Positions 40,243-51,046 of a DNA stretch of 64,000 nucleotides are shown here, piece by piece. This DNA comes from Eledone cirrhosa (lineage: Eukaryota), in contig OZ024745.1 in the NCBI GenBank assembly GCA_964016885.1, positions 121,024,001 through 121,088,000 of the forward strand. The letters are read 5' to 3'. The notes below the pieces were generated by a model, which searched no databases, was not told the origin of the DNA, and was given only the letters and a program-made list of their open reading frames with translations. The translations under genes and the position numbers were made by a program. Each line of letters opens with the position of its first letter. The stretch's first letter is position 1.

Positions 40243-40269
40243 AATTATATATATATATATATATATAAT

Positions 40270-40305
<36 letters not shown>

Positions 40306-40308
40306 AAT

Positions 40309-40385
<77 letters not shown>

Positions 40386-40388
40386 TAT
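39875..40388. repeat. Compound (TA)n / TATAAT arrays
   Basis: Direct reading; interrupted at 40025-40130 by a dispersed repeat also seen at 30240-30320 and 50490-50540. Confidence 0.9.
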
Positions 40389-40728
40389 ATCATCATCATC
40401 ATCATTTTATGTCCACTTTTCCCTGCTTGCAAGGGTGGGACGGGAACTGATTCTGGCTTGATTTCTACAGCTGGATGCCCTTCCTAACACCAACCTCATT
40501 TACAGTGAGTGCTGGGTGCTTTTTTGCCGTGGCACCTCCACGACCACTTTGCAGTGGAATGATAGGGACCCCATTCCCTATCATCTCATTTCTACAGCTG
40601 AGTAAACTGGAGCAATGTGAAATAAAGTGTCTTGCTCAAGGAAACAACACATCACCCGGTCTGAGAATTGAACTCACAACCTTTCGATTGCAGGGCCAAT
40701 GCTCTAACCACTAAGCCATGTGCCTCCA
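40389..40728 (-). mobile_element. SINE family 2, full length: tRNA head, core, RTE-derived tail
   Basis: GGAGGCACATGGCTTAGTGGTTAGAGC..GAGTTCAATTCT, CCTTGAGCAAGACACTTTA core, RTE 3'UTR and (TGA)n tail. Confidence 0.85.
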
Positions 40729-40749
40729 TATTATATATATATATATTAT

Positions 40750-42283
40750 ATCATCATCATCATCATTTTACGTCCGCTTTTCCCTGCTTGCAAGGGTGGG
40801 ACGGGTCTTATTCAGCACAGCATCTCTCCACTCGTCACGGTCCTTCGTCATCTCCACCGTGAACTTCAATGATTTGAGGTCTGTTCTCACCACCTCCGCC
40901 CATGTTTTTCGTGGTCTACCTCTACCACGTCTTCCTTCAACTGGCATTTCCTGGCACTTCAGTCATCCGCCATGCGCATCACATGTCCATACCACCTCAG
41001 TCTCCTCTCCCATACACTACATTCTATCCCTCTCAGATACAGTTTCTCTCTCAACACATTTATGCTGGGTCGTTCACGCACATTTACACTGCACATCCAA
41101 CGGAACATGCTTGCCTCATTTCTCTCCAGCCGTCGCATATCCTTTGCAGTTGCTGCCCATGTCTCACAACCATGCAGCATCGCGCTCCTCACACAGGCAT
41201 CATACAACCGGCCTTTCGTATGCAGGGAGAAACCCTTCTTTGTCAACAGAGGAAGCAGCTCCCTAAACTTCCTCCAACCCATCCTTATTCTAGATACTAT
41301 GGCCTCGGAACACCCTCCTCCCATGCTAATCTGATCTCCTAGGTACCGGAAGCTATCCACCACTTCTATAGCATCCTCCTGCATCTGAAAAATGTGTCTA
41401 TCAATGCGACTTCTACAGTCTAATTTCCCTGTACATCTACTGCATACATATTTCTCCCTACCTGTTAGTTTTCCTGCTATCCCACTACATCTCTTGTGTA
41501 CCCAGGATCTGCATTGTGTGTATTTTATAGAATTTATGCCTGTTCCTTTTCTGCATATCGAACATGGCCATTTCCCTGACGGAATCAGGGTTTTGTCCTC
41601 TTTTCTACTCATCAACACTTTTGTCTTAGCTAGGTTCACTCTCAGTCCTCTTGCTTCCAACTGCTGTTTCCATAGCCAGAATTTATTCTCTAGCTCCTCT
41701 ACTAATTCTGCTATAAGAACCAGATCGTCAGCATAGAGAAGTTCCCATGGAGAGCCAGTCTTAAACTCCTCTGTTATGGCTTGGAGGACTATAATGAACA
41801 AGAGCGGGCTGAGGACCAAACCTTGATGTACTCCTACTTGTATCTGGAATTCCTCACTAAACTCCATTCCTACCCTGACTTTACTGAGAGTACCTCTGTA
41901 CAAAGTTTGCACTGTCCTCACAAGCCATTCCTCAACACTTAGCTTCCTTAGGGACCACCAGATGACAGATTGGGATACCCTATCAAAGGCCTATCTAGGT
42001 CAACAAAGGCTAAGTATAGTGGCTTATTTTTCTCTAGGAACCTCTCTTGCAATTGTCTCACCAAGAAGAGGGCATCTGTTGTACTCTTCCCAGGCACAAA
42101 ACCAAACTGCATCTCATCTAGTTTCACCCTTTCTCTAATTAGTTGTGCTAATATCCTTTCTGCCACTTTCATAACCTGATCCATCAGTTTTATACCCCTA
42201 TAATTGCTCCTCTCCAGAGCATCCCCTTTACTTTTGTAGCAATTTATGAGAATACTGCTGCACCAGTCTTTGGGTATAGTCTC
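40750..42283 (-). mobile_element. RTE family B, 5'-truncated, RT nearly complete (frameshift near 41950)
   Basis: IPKDW, NYRGIKLM, QFGFVPGKSTTDA, FVDL, GVHQG-VLSPLLF, LLYADDLVL, FRYLG, LRWYGHVMRM. Confidence 0.95.
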
Positions 42284-42583
42284 TGAGGGATAGAATGTAG
42301 TGTACGGGAGAGGAGACTGAGGTGGTATGGACATGTGATGCGCATGGAGGATGACCGATGGGTGAAGAAGTGCCAGGAATTGCCAGTTGAAGGAAGACGT
42401 GGTAGAGGTAGACCACGAAAAACATGGGCGGAGGTGGTGAGAACAGACCTCAGATCATTGAAGCTCACGGTGGAGATGACGAGGGACCGTGACGAGTGGA
42501 GAGATTCTGTGCTGAATAAGACCCGTCCCACCCTTGCAAGCAGGGAAAAGCGGACGTAAAATGATGATGATGATGATGATGAT
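42282..42583 (+). mobile_element. RTE family B 3' end fused head-to-head to the previous element
   Basis: Reverse complement of 40750-41035; has its own (GAT)n tail. Confidence 0.9.
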
Positions 42584-42732
42584 ATTATATATATTATATA
42601 TATATTATATATATTATATATATATTATATATATTATATATATTATATATATATTATATATATTATATATATATTACATATATTATATATATATTACATA
42701 TATTATATATATATATATATAATTATATATAT
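42584..42732. repeat. (TATAT/TA)n array
   Basis: Direct reading. Confidence 0.9.
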
Positions 42733-43341
42733 CCGAAATAAATTAAATTAAATTAAATTAAGGGAGTCATGTCCAAGACATGCGCCATATCCACCGTAGA
42801 ATAAGCTCAAAGATTCCATTGAATAGATCCGAGCATTTTATATCAACTAGAAATTGATTGACATATATATATTTAAAATAAACACATGAAACAATCACAG
42901 GAAATAATTTGTAAAGTGTGTAAACACACATAGCTAGGTAGGTAACTAATTATAGTTTAACTAGAGCTTCAAATATTACCTTTTAAAAAATGATTAATCC
43001 TCCTTGTATATATTTCATTAAAGAAATATATTTCACCAATAATCCGTAAAGTCACAGTAGTCAAATCTTGGATCTTCAGCAAGGGGGAAGAAATAACTAT
43101 CTGTGTTTACACATCAAATGCAAAACTGCGAGTGACCCATCGCACATGTTGCAATTATAAAACTACTAACAACATGCTAGCATCCTCCCATTGGCGTGAA
43201 TAGGGTGGTCGACAACTATTTAATTTAATTTAATTTATTTCGGATATATAAACGGCTCCTTAATTGTAGAGCTAAATCGGTTGAAAAGACTCGGCTGCTC
43301 TTTATAGCTGTCGAGCACCCTATTCACGCCAATGGCGCTAT

Positions 43342-43807
43342 TTAGTAATACAGAAGACCCACCTTGCCTATGTACAAAGCGAAACCTACAGTCAGTAGGC
43401 ACGTCTTAACCAAATATACACCCCAATCCACTACCCCTACCCTATCCTCCCACTCCCACCAACACCACCCTCTCTCTGTAAAGTTGGTACCACAACATCC
43501 AGTCCAAATAAATGAGATAATAAGATAATGAGATCGAGATCGTGTAGGTGTCATGAGAAAAAAAACTCACAGTCCATGCTGCAATGTGGCCGTGTAGGTA
43601 ACACAGTAAAAAGTTCCCAGTTCCACACTGTAAATGTGGCTGGTGTTAAGAAGGGCATCCAGCCGTAGAAAACCTGCCAGATAGTCCTATATGAGCGAGA
43701 CATGGTCACCCGACCAACCTTGCCTCAAATGGGACAACTCCCGTTTAACCCATGCTAGTGTGGAAAGTGGACGTTAAACGAAGATGATGATGATGATGAT
43801 GATGATG
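43342..43807 (+). mobile_element. RTE family A 3'UTR
   Basis: Colinear with 1890-2315. Confidence 0.85.
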
Positions 43808-43989
43808 GTTATCTCGACAGAAGACTTTTTTGAAGTTTTATGAAAAAAAAACAAAGTTTTTCTAGGACAGGTAATCTCGACTTTAGCTATAAATAGACAA
43901 ATCCTTTAAATAGTATACAGGAAGGTAACTATAAAAAAACAAAAGGGGGAACTTGTGTTAGACCTAAAAAGTTGAAGAAAATAAATTCA

Positions 43990-45960
43990 ATTAATTTGGT
44001 CTATACTATTTCAAAATAAATTTTGCTTTGTTTGGACAATGACTAAAGCAGTCAAGGCGGGGGTATTTAAGCAGTGTTTCTCTGAAATCAGTTGTGAGAG
44101 TATATTCCATTTATCCGAATTACACAGCCAGCAAAACTTTGACACATGGACATAGGGAGTGGATTTTTCTAGTTTACCCCCATTTAATGGAAAATGCTGT
44201 GCTGCTACTTTTGAAGTTCCACACACGTTTCACGAGCTGAGTGGTATGTTTTTTGCAAGGATATCTGAAGGTTGTTTCATGATTCAGGTATTGGGTCTCA
44301 GACATAAGTCCAGGCTTCAGTTTGGTGGTTCTGGTTGGTTGAGGTCACTTCAACTTGATATATCACCGCTGGAGTGTTGCACTACTGATCTAGTGGGCAT
44401 GTGTCTCTGGCCTTCTACATAAGGTGAAAAGCTCTTGTGTTTGGTGGTGATGTAGGATTTTATGTTACTGGTACAAGAGTCGCCTATTTTCACTGTAAAG
44501 ATCTAGGAGGGCTTCGGATTTCCTACCTACATTGGTCTTCACATTGAGCGGGATGGTGGCGCGAACCACATAATGTTTTTATGTGTAGGTTTTTTTCTTT
44601 TTTGATATAGGACGGTTATGTGGAGAGTAAGTGATTATTTCAGAGAAGCCACTATTGCTTAGGGATGAGTTGTAGTAGGGTGCTGCCCTGTCAAAGGTGG
44701 CTTGCTAGAGGAGAGGTTGGATACCCTCTTATTGATGTTATTAATTAAATTTTTTAAAACTATAGGTGTGGCTAGAGTCCTTATGAATGTACTTGAGATT
44801 TTCACTGGGTTTGTGGAAGGGGTTGAATGTGTGTGTAGGTAAGTCTAAATTAACGCCTAGTTAACATTAGTGAGGATGGTAGATATTGTAATTTCTAAGC
44901 CTTGGCTGCCGAAGATAGCAATTTTACTAAAAGTGTTGAGGTTTTGGCCATTTTTATGGCTCGATGGTGCCATCATTATGATATAGGCCTGTATTGAAGT
45001 CAGGGAATTTTTTTACATTGTGTTTCTAAGATTAAAAGGCCTACCAAATCACATATATTAACACTCTCAAATGATTCCATTGGCACATTAAATAGGCCAT
45101 TGTTAGTGGATTTCTTTATCCAGTGTTCTCATTATTAATGAGGAGGATTTTCCTGCAGCAGGATATTACTAATCAGTCTAACTTGTATATATTGGTGAAA
45201 TTGCTAATGAAATCAAGGGCCTTATCAATTATATTAAATTAAGTGAACTAGCCTTCTTAGAGTATTTGAGGTCATTAAACCAATCTATGACTACTTGACT
45301 ATTATCCCACTGATTAAGGTTGGACTGTTGTCTAATGGCTATATTAATGTTTTTAAGGGTCTTTACTAACAAGTCCTAATTCCGTTTTGGCAGGGTTTAT
45401 GAGTCTGCAAGTTGGTTTATTAATGAAGTCATTCTTATGATCCTTAAGTGTAATATAAGCCTCTCTCCTAGCCTAACATTCTAACTTGTCTACTTTGAGC
45501 GTGGCGGCTATATGCTTTGCCTTATTATTGATGGCATAGAAAGTAGCAGGATCACCTTTTTAATATTTAGAGTGTATGCTCTTGTTCAGAAGTTGGTTGT
45601 AGGTAGAATGATCAAATTCATAAAGATTGTTAGTTTTATCTGAGACAATGAAAATTTTATCAGAGGATCTGAAGTTTTTTATATCCCTGCTTAGTTTATT
45701 CTGAAAGGAGTATTTGTGGAAAGGTATGTTAACAACTAGATTAACAAGATCAGCTTCCAAAGGAGCAAGTTCATTTCTAGATTCAGCTTGAAAATATTGG
45801 CTAAACTTGAGTTTCCTGTCAAAGGCCTATGCCTTCCATCTCAATCATTTAACCATGTCTTCAACTTTGTAAAGGAGGAGCTTAGAATAAGTCTTGTGTG
45901 ATGGGGTCAGTATATACTTCAGTAGTCAATCTTTCGGAGGTCTATTTACACGTTGTGTCA
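43990..45960 (-). mobile_element. Penelope-like element, decayed RT and GIY-YIG
   Basis: [65 protein letters not shown] motifs across frameshifts. Confidence 0.85.
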
Positions 45961-46553
45961 GGTACTCAGTTATATAGAGTGCTCAACAGATTACAGTAGG
46001 TAGCCAATTGTACAACTGTGTATGAATCTGCTGGTCACAATAAGTTTCTGGAGTTGATTACTGTAGTAAAATTTTGGTAGAAATATCCAAAGATAACAGC
46101 ACTCAATCCATAGGAAGAGTTAAGTATAATTAGTTACAACAGTGACATATACAGGTACTTAAGTTTCATTGGATTATACACCCAAACTTATTCAGTCTGG
46201 ACTGAGATCTCTTACCCTTGGATATTTCTACCAAACTTGTACTACGGTATCTATCTATCTATCTATCTCTATATATTATGTATTAAAATTAAGTGAGAAA
46301 AAAATCTATTTATGGGAATACAAACAAAATAGACAAAAAAACAACAACATATATTCTATCTAAACTTGCTTATATATAGATCTCCCTACCATCGTTTCAT
46401 ATGGGGAAGAATTCTTATTTGAACCACCAATAATTGAAGAATTTGCCATACTCTTCAGGGGAGTTTTAATTCTTCAAACGCTAAGAGAAATTGACCAAGA
46501 AATCATACATACTGTTATATTTGCCAAGGCAGCATACTGGAATAAACTCACAT

Positions 46554-46602
<49 letters not shown>

Positions 46603-46604
<2 letters not shown>

Positions 46605-46838
46605 CGCCAGACAGTCCATGCTGTAATGTGGCCGTGTAGGCAACACGGTAAAAACCTCCCAGCCCCACACTGTAAATGTGGTTGGTGTTAGGAAGGGCAT
46701 CCAGCTGTAAAAAACCCGCCAGACAGTCCTATGCGAGCAAGACAACCACTCTTGCCTCAAGTGGGAAAACCCCCGTCCAAACCCATGCAAGCGTGGAACA
46801 CGGACGCTAAACCTGATGATGATGATGATGATGATGAT
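46603..46838 (+). mobile_element. RTE family A 3'UTR inside (TA)n
   Basis: Colinear with 2090-2315; TA tracts both sides. Confidence 0.85.
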
Positions 46839-46859
46839 ATATATATATATATAATATTT

Positions 46860-47640
46860 ATTTGGATAAACATATAGAAAAAGAGGGGAGTATTGAAAAG
46901 GACTATAAATGCCATAAATGAGGAAAAGGAGGGGAAGAGCAAGGACTATTAGGGAACAGAAGAAAGAAAGGGGGAAGGGGAGAGGGTGACAGACTCAATA
47001 CTTAGCTCAGAGTGACAGCATTTCCACGGACAATTGCCTGTGACACACGGTGCAACAACCACCCCACTTCGCGGGGCTGCTCCCTCAGACGGGCTGTTGT
47101 CATTCAGATTTTACGGAGAAGCTCAGCTGTGTCGGGTGCAGAGAGGAAGTGGCCAGACAAGCTCCAGTATTTGCTTGACTTCCTGTCTTCTGCATTGCAA
47201 GTCACGGTACCGGGATTTGTGGCCGAGGTTACTACGTTGGAGGCAGAGATATGTCACAGCACATCACGTCCCAGATGAGGGATTTACCTCCTTCGTAAAA
47301 AAAAGGGTAATTCCGTTGGGGAGCTTGCCGTACCACGATCGATGCCTACTGGCCACAGTTGTGATGGTTCCTTCTCATTATGTCCTTGAGGGTGGCATGT
47401 CGAGGAATCCGGCCTGCAGTCTGTCGGCATGATAATGGATGCAGGACGCACTCAACGACGACAACACCACAACGGCATTTATGTGGCTCACACACGCAGA
47501 GGTCAAGGCGTTGGGCTACTCCAATGCGAGTGCATTCGGCATCAATAAGGGTTCTAGTTGATGAGAGGGGAGGCACCGAAGTGAGCCACACGTCGGTGCG
47601 GAACGGAGGCAGGCGAGGTGGTGTTAATCCAAGGTAATGA
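46860..47640 (-). mobile_element. CRE-clade LINE 3' part (zinc finger, REL, UTR)
   Basis: CEPHKCRCG..HPLSCRQTAGRIPRHATLKDIMRR; AEDRKSSKY; REVGWLLHRVSQAIVRGNA. Confidence 0.8.
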
Positions 47641-48139
47641 TAAACCAATGAAACTTACTCGTAAAAAGCAGACGCGACTAATTCATAAACATACCAGCTA
47701 AGTGTTGAAAGGGAGATAACTCTATCGGCTTCAAATACATTCTGTTCAGTTCTCTCTCACACGCACGCACACACACACACAGATACATACTCAGGACCCG
47801 ACAAGAGGACCCCAATAGACTTTAACTCTACCCTTAATGAACTCCATCACCAACGTATGCAATAAATGCGGTAAATCTGACGAGATATTTTCATTTACCT
47901 ATTTCGAGGTTCAATTTCAAGGATCCCCTAGTTTCGTTTTGCACTCAATTTCGGTTTAACAGCGCTGCTTTATGATAGCTACATGCAACGTACAAATGGT
48001 TGAACATTCCAGAGACAGGAGCAACCTTAACGCAGTTCTCAGAGTATTTCTATTTACTGAAGAGTTGTATAAATAACATTACAAATAATTTAAAAAAGAG
48101 AAAGAAAAGAAAAAAGAAAAAACACACAAACAGGTAATA

Positions 48140-48462
48140 CACTGTATCCCCGGCATCCGTAGTCCCGGTTATTCGCGGAATTTTCTTCAGAACCTAATAA
48201 TTGTTCATGGAAACCACCGCATATTCGCGGAATCGTAAATATCTTCCGCGATTTTTTATGGCTTTTTTCGTGGCAATATATATTTTTTGCCGCTTTTTAA
48301 CGCTAAATTATTAATAACAATATACTGCATTTGTCGGCTTATATTTTACGTTATGTTTTGACGTTTGTAGGCATTTTTATGGACGACGTCTAATATTCGC
48401 GATTTTTCACTCTTCGCGGGTGCTCTAGGAAAGTTACCTCCGCGAATACCGGGGGACAACTG
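48140..48462. mobile_element. Tigger/pogo-type MITE
   Basis: TA|CACTGTATCCCCGGCATCCG ... CGCGAATACCGGGGGACAACTG|TA; internal ATTCGCG repeats. Confidence 0.75.
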
Positions 48463-48989
48463 TACATACATCTAGGACCACATACAAGAGACAGGCGAAA
48501 GGGGTGGCTGGGGTTCGGCTCCTCTGTGTTCGGACCTAATGTACGCGTATGTGCATGCTTACTGTCGTATCATAGACATTTTTTTCCTCCTTTTGATTCT
48601 CTTACATTTATCTGTTAATATAAGTCCTATGAATATTATGCATTACTATTTTATAAAATGTCTTTCTATAACAACAAAGTCAGACCTGTTACACTTTAAA
48701 TCTCCCTCTCTCTCTCTTTCACTTCTCCCACTTCCAACAATAGCTTTACTTCATGTGTTCTCGTATTATGTCTAGTGAAATAGAAATTAATAAAAACAAT
48801 AACAACAAAACACTACACCATGAACGAGCAGACCTTATGATCAAGAGCGATTAAATGAGCCCATCACACACACTAACATACACACACACATATTGCTGTT
48901 ATTGTGATCAACATAATTTGAGTGTTTTATTTTCTTTCTTTCATTTTGCTATTGGAAAATATGAGAAATTCTTCATATTTTTCATAATT

Positions 48990-49900
48990 TGTATCTATAT
49001 ATAAATGTCTGATTCTGTCACAACACGTAAAGAGAAAGGAGTAGTTTGACTACCTCATACTACTCCTCTCTTATTACGTCTGCTGGCTGTGTGAATGTAT
49101 GTGTGTGTAAAGGGAAGGGAAAGGGAGGGTGAAAAAACAATAGCAAAATAGCAGCTGGCGTTCCATTTGTTATTCTATGTATGTGTTTGTGTGAATATAT
49201 GTGTTTGTGTGAATATGTGTTTGTGTGAATGTATGTGTGTGTTCGTGTGAATGTATGTGTGTGTTTGTGTTAATGTATGTATGTTTGTGTGAATGTATGT
49301 GTGTGAGTGTATGTGTGTTTGTGTGAATGTATGTATGTGTTTGTGTGAATGTATGTGTGTTTGTGTGAATCTTTGTGTGATTGTATGTGTGTGTGAATGT
49401 ATGTATGTGTTTGCGTGAATGTATGTGTTTGTGTGAATGTATGTGTGTGTTTGTGTGAATGTATGTGTGTGTTTGTGTGAATGTATATGTGTGTGTTTGT
49501 GTGAATGTTTGTGTGATTGTATGTGTGTGAATATATGTATGTGTTTGCGTGAATGTATGTGTGTGTTTGTGTGAATGTATGTGTGTGTGTGTGTGAATGT
49601 ATGTTTGTTTGTGTGAATGTATGTGTGTTTGCGTGAATGTATGTGTGTTTGTGTGAATGTATATGTGTTTGTGTGAGTGTATGTGTGTTTGTGTGAATGT
49701 GTATTTGTGTGAATGTATGTGTGTTTGTGTGGCTGTATGTGTGTGTCTGTGTGAATGTATGTATGTGTTTGTGTGGCTGTATATCTGTGAGTGTGTATTT
49801 TTGTAAGTGTGTCTGTGTTTGTACGTTTATATTTATATATTCATACATATAAATGTATGAATATGCACATACACATATACACACACACATATACGTCAGT
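48990..49900 (-). repeat. Inverted copy of the 38620 element with expanded (GTGTGAATGTATGTGTGTTT)n satellite
   Basis: Hairpin at about 49037-49070; satellite at about 49180-49800. Confidence 0.8.
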
Positions 49901-51046
49901 GTGTTGAAAAAAATCATTCATATTTTTCATAATTTCAGCAACTAGTTTCTCTGTCATTGTCACTGTGTGTGTGTCTGTGTCTGTGTCTGTATGTGTGTGT
50001 GTTGGGCTCATTGAATTGCTTTTAGCAAAACCATCCGGCAGGAGAGCCAGAGGTAGACCCTGAGCAAGATGGTTGGATAACATCCATGAGCTTGTCTGGT
50101 CATGATTGGTGATCCTGCTGGATCAGTTGGAGACAGTTGCTTATGACAGAATCTGCACAACTCTTTCAGGAATAAGTGGAAGAAGATGATATATATATAT
50201 ATTGTACTCTACCTGGTTGTGGTGGGGCTGATAACATTGTTAGAACTCAATGAATCCTTGGAAAGATGGTTACAGTGAGATTAGGTGGTGTGACCAGTAG
50301 TTTTTGTAGTAGGTGAAGAAGAAGAAGAATATTTAGCTATAACAATACAATAGGCTTTTCTTAACCATTGAATGGGCATGGGGTCTCACCAGAATCAAAC
50401 AGGAATTAAAGGTGTCCATAAGTTTAAAAAAGGTTGAGAACCACTGAAGATTTTGCATGTCTGTTTGAATTGGCTAAAAATAAACAGTAATAATATATTG
50501 TTATATTTGCGGAGGGTCATGTTGTTATATTGCCAGAAATATATATATATATAAAATTCTTTGTCTCTCTGTCTGTCTGTTTCCTTATGCTTTCTCAAAT
50601 GGCTCGACCAAATCAAATCAAATTTTTAGACCCCAGGATTAACATGTAATTTTTATTTTCATTTGGATTAAAACAATATAACATTTTATCTAAAATAATC
50701 TACAACAGTCAACTATAATAAACGGACACTTTATAACACAACGATGATGATGTCACATTTTGTATGAGTGTGTATGTGTCTCTAAGTGAGTGTGTGTTTG
50801 CACATTCATTACATATGTTAGGCCTTAGTAAGTTACATACACATTGTCTTCACGTAAATATTTAATCAGATACACAGAGAATTGAACACACACACATCTA
50901 CACATGTGATAACACAATGAATATTGTTTACCCTGAGGTGCTTCAAAATTGACAGATTTTCATTTCTAAATTCTATTATCATTACAATTTTGATATTCTT
51001 TTTTTATAAAATATAGATATTTTGAAATGATTATAAGAAAAAAATA

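Noticed and set aside
40650-40728. tRNA gene (also 204-280 and 12316-12380)
   Set aside because: A and B boxes are present but run into a SINE core; no complete cloverleaf seen
40718-41736. Plus-strand ORFs of 114-182 aa (also 5997-6602, 35946-36344, 59857-60414)
   Set aside because: Antisense or off-frame shadows of RTE coding sequence
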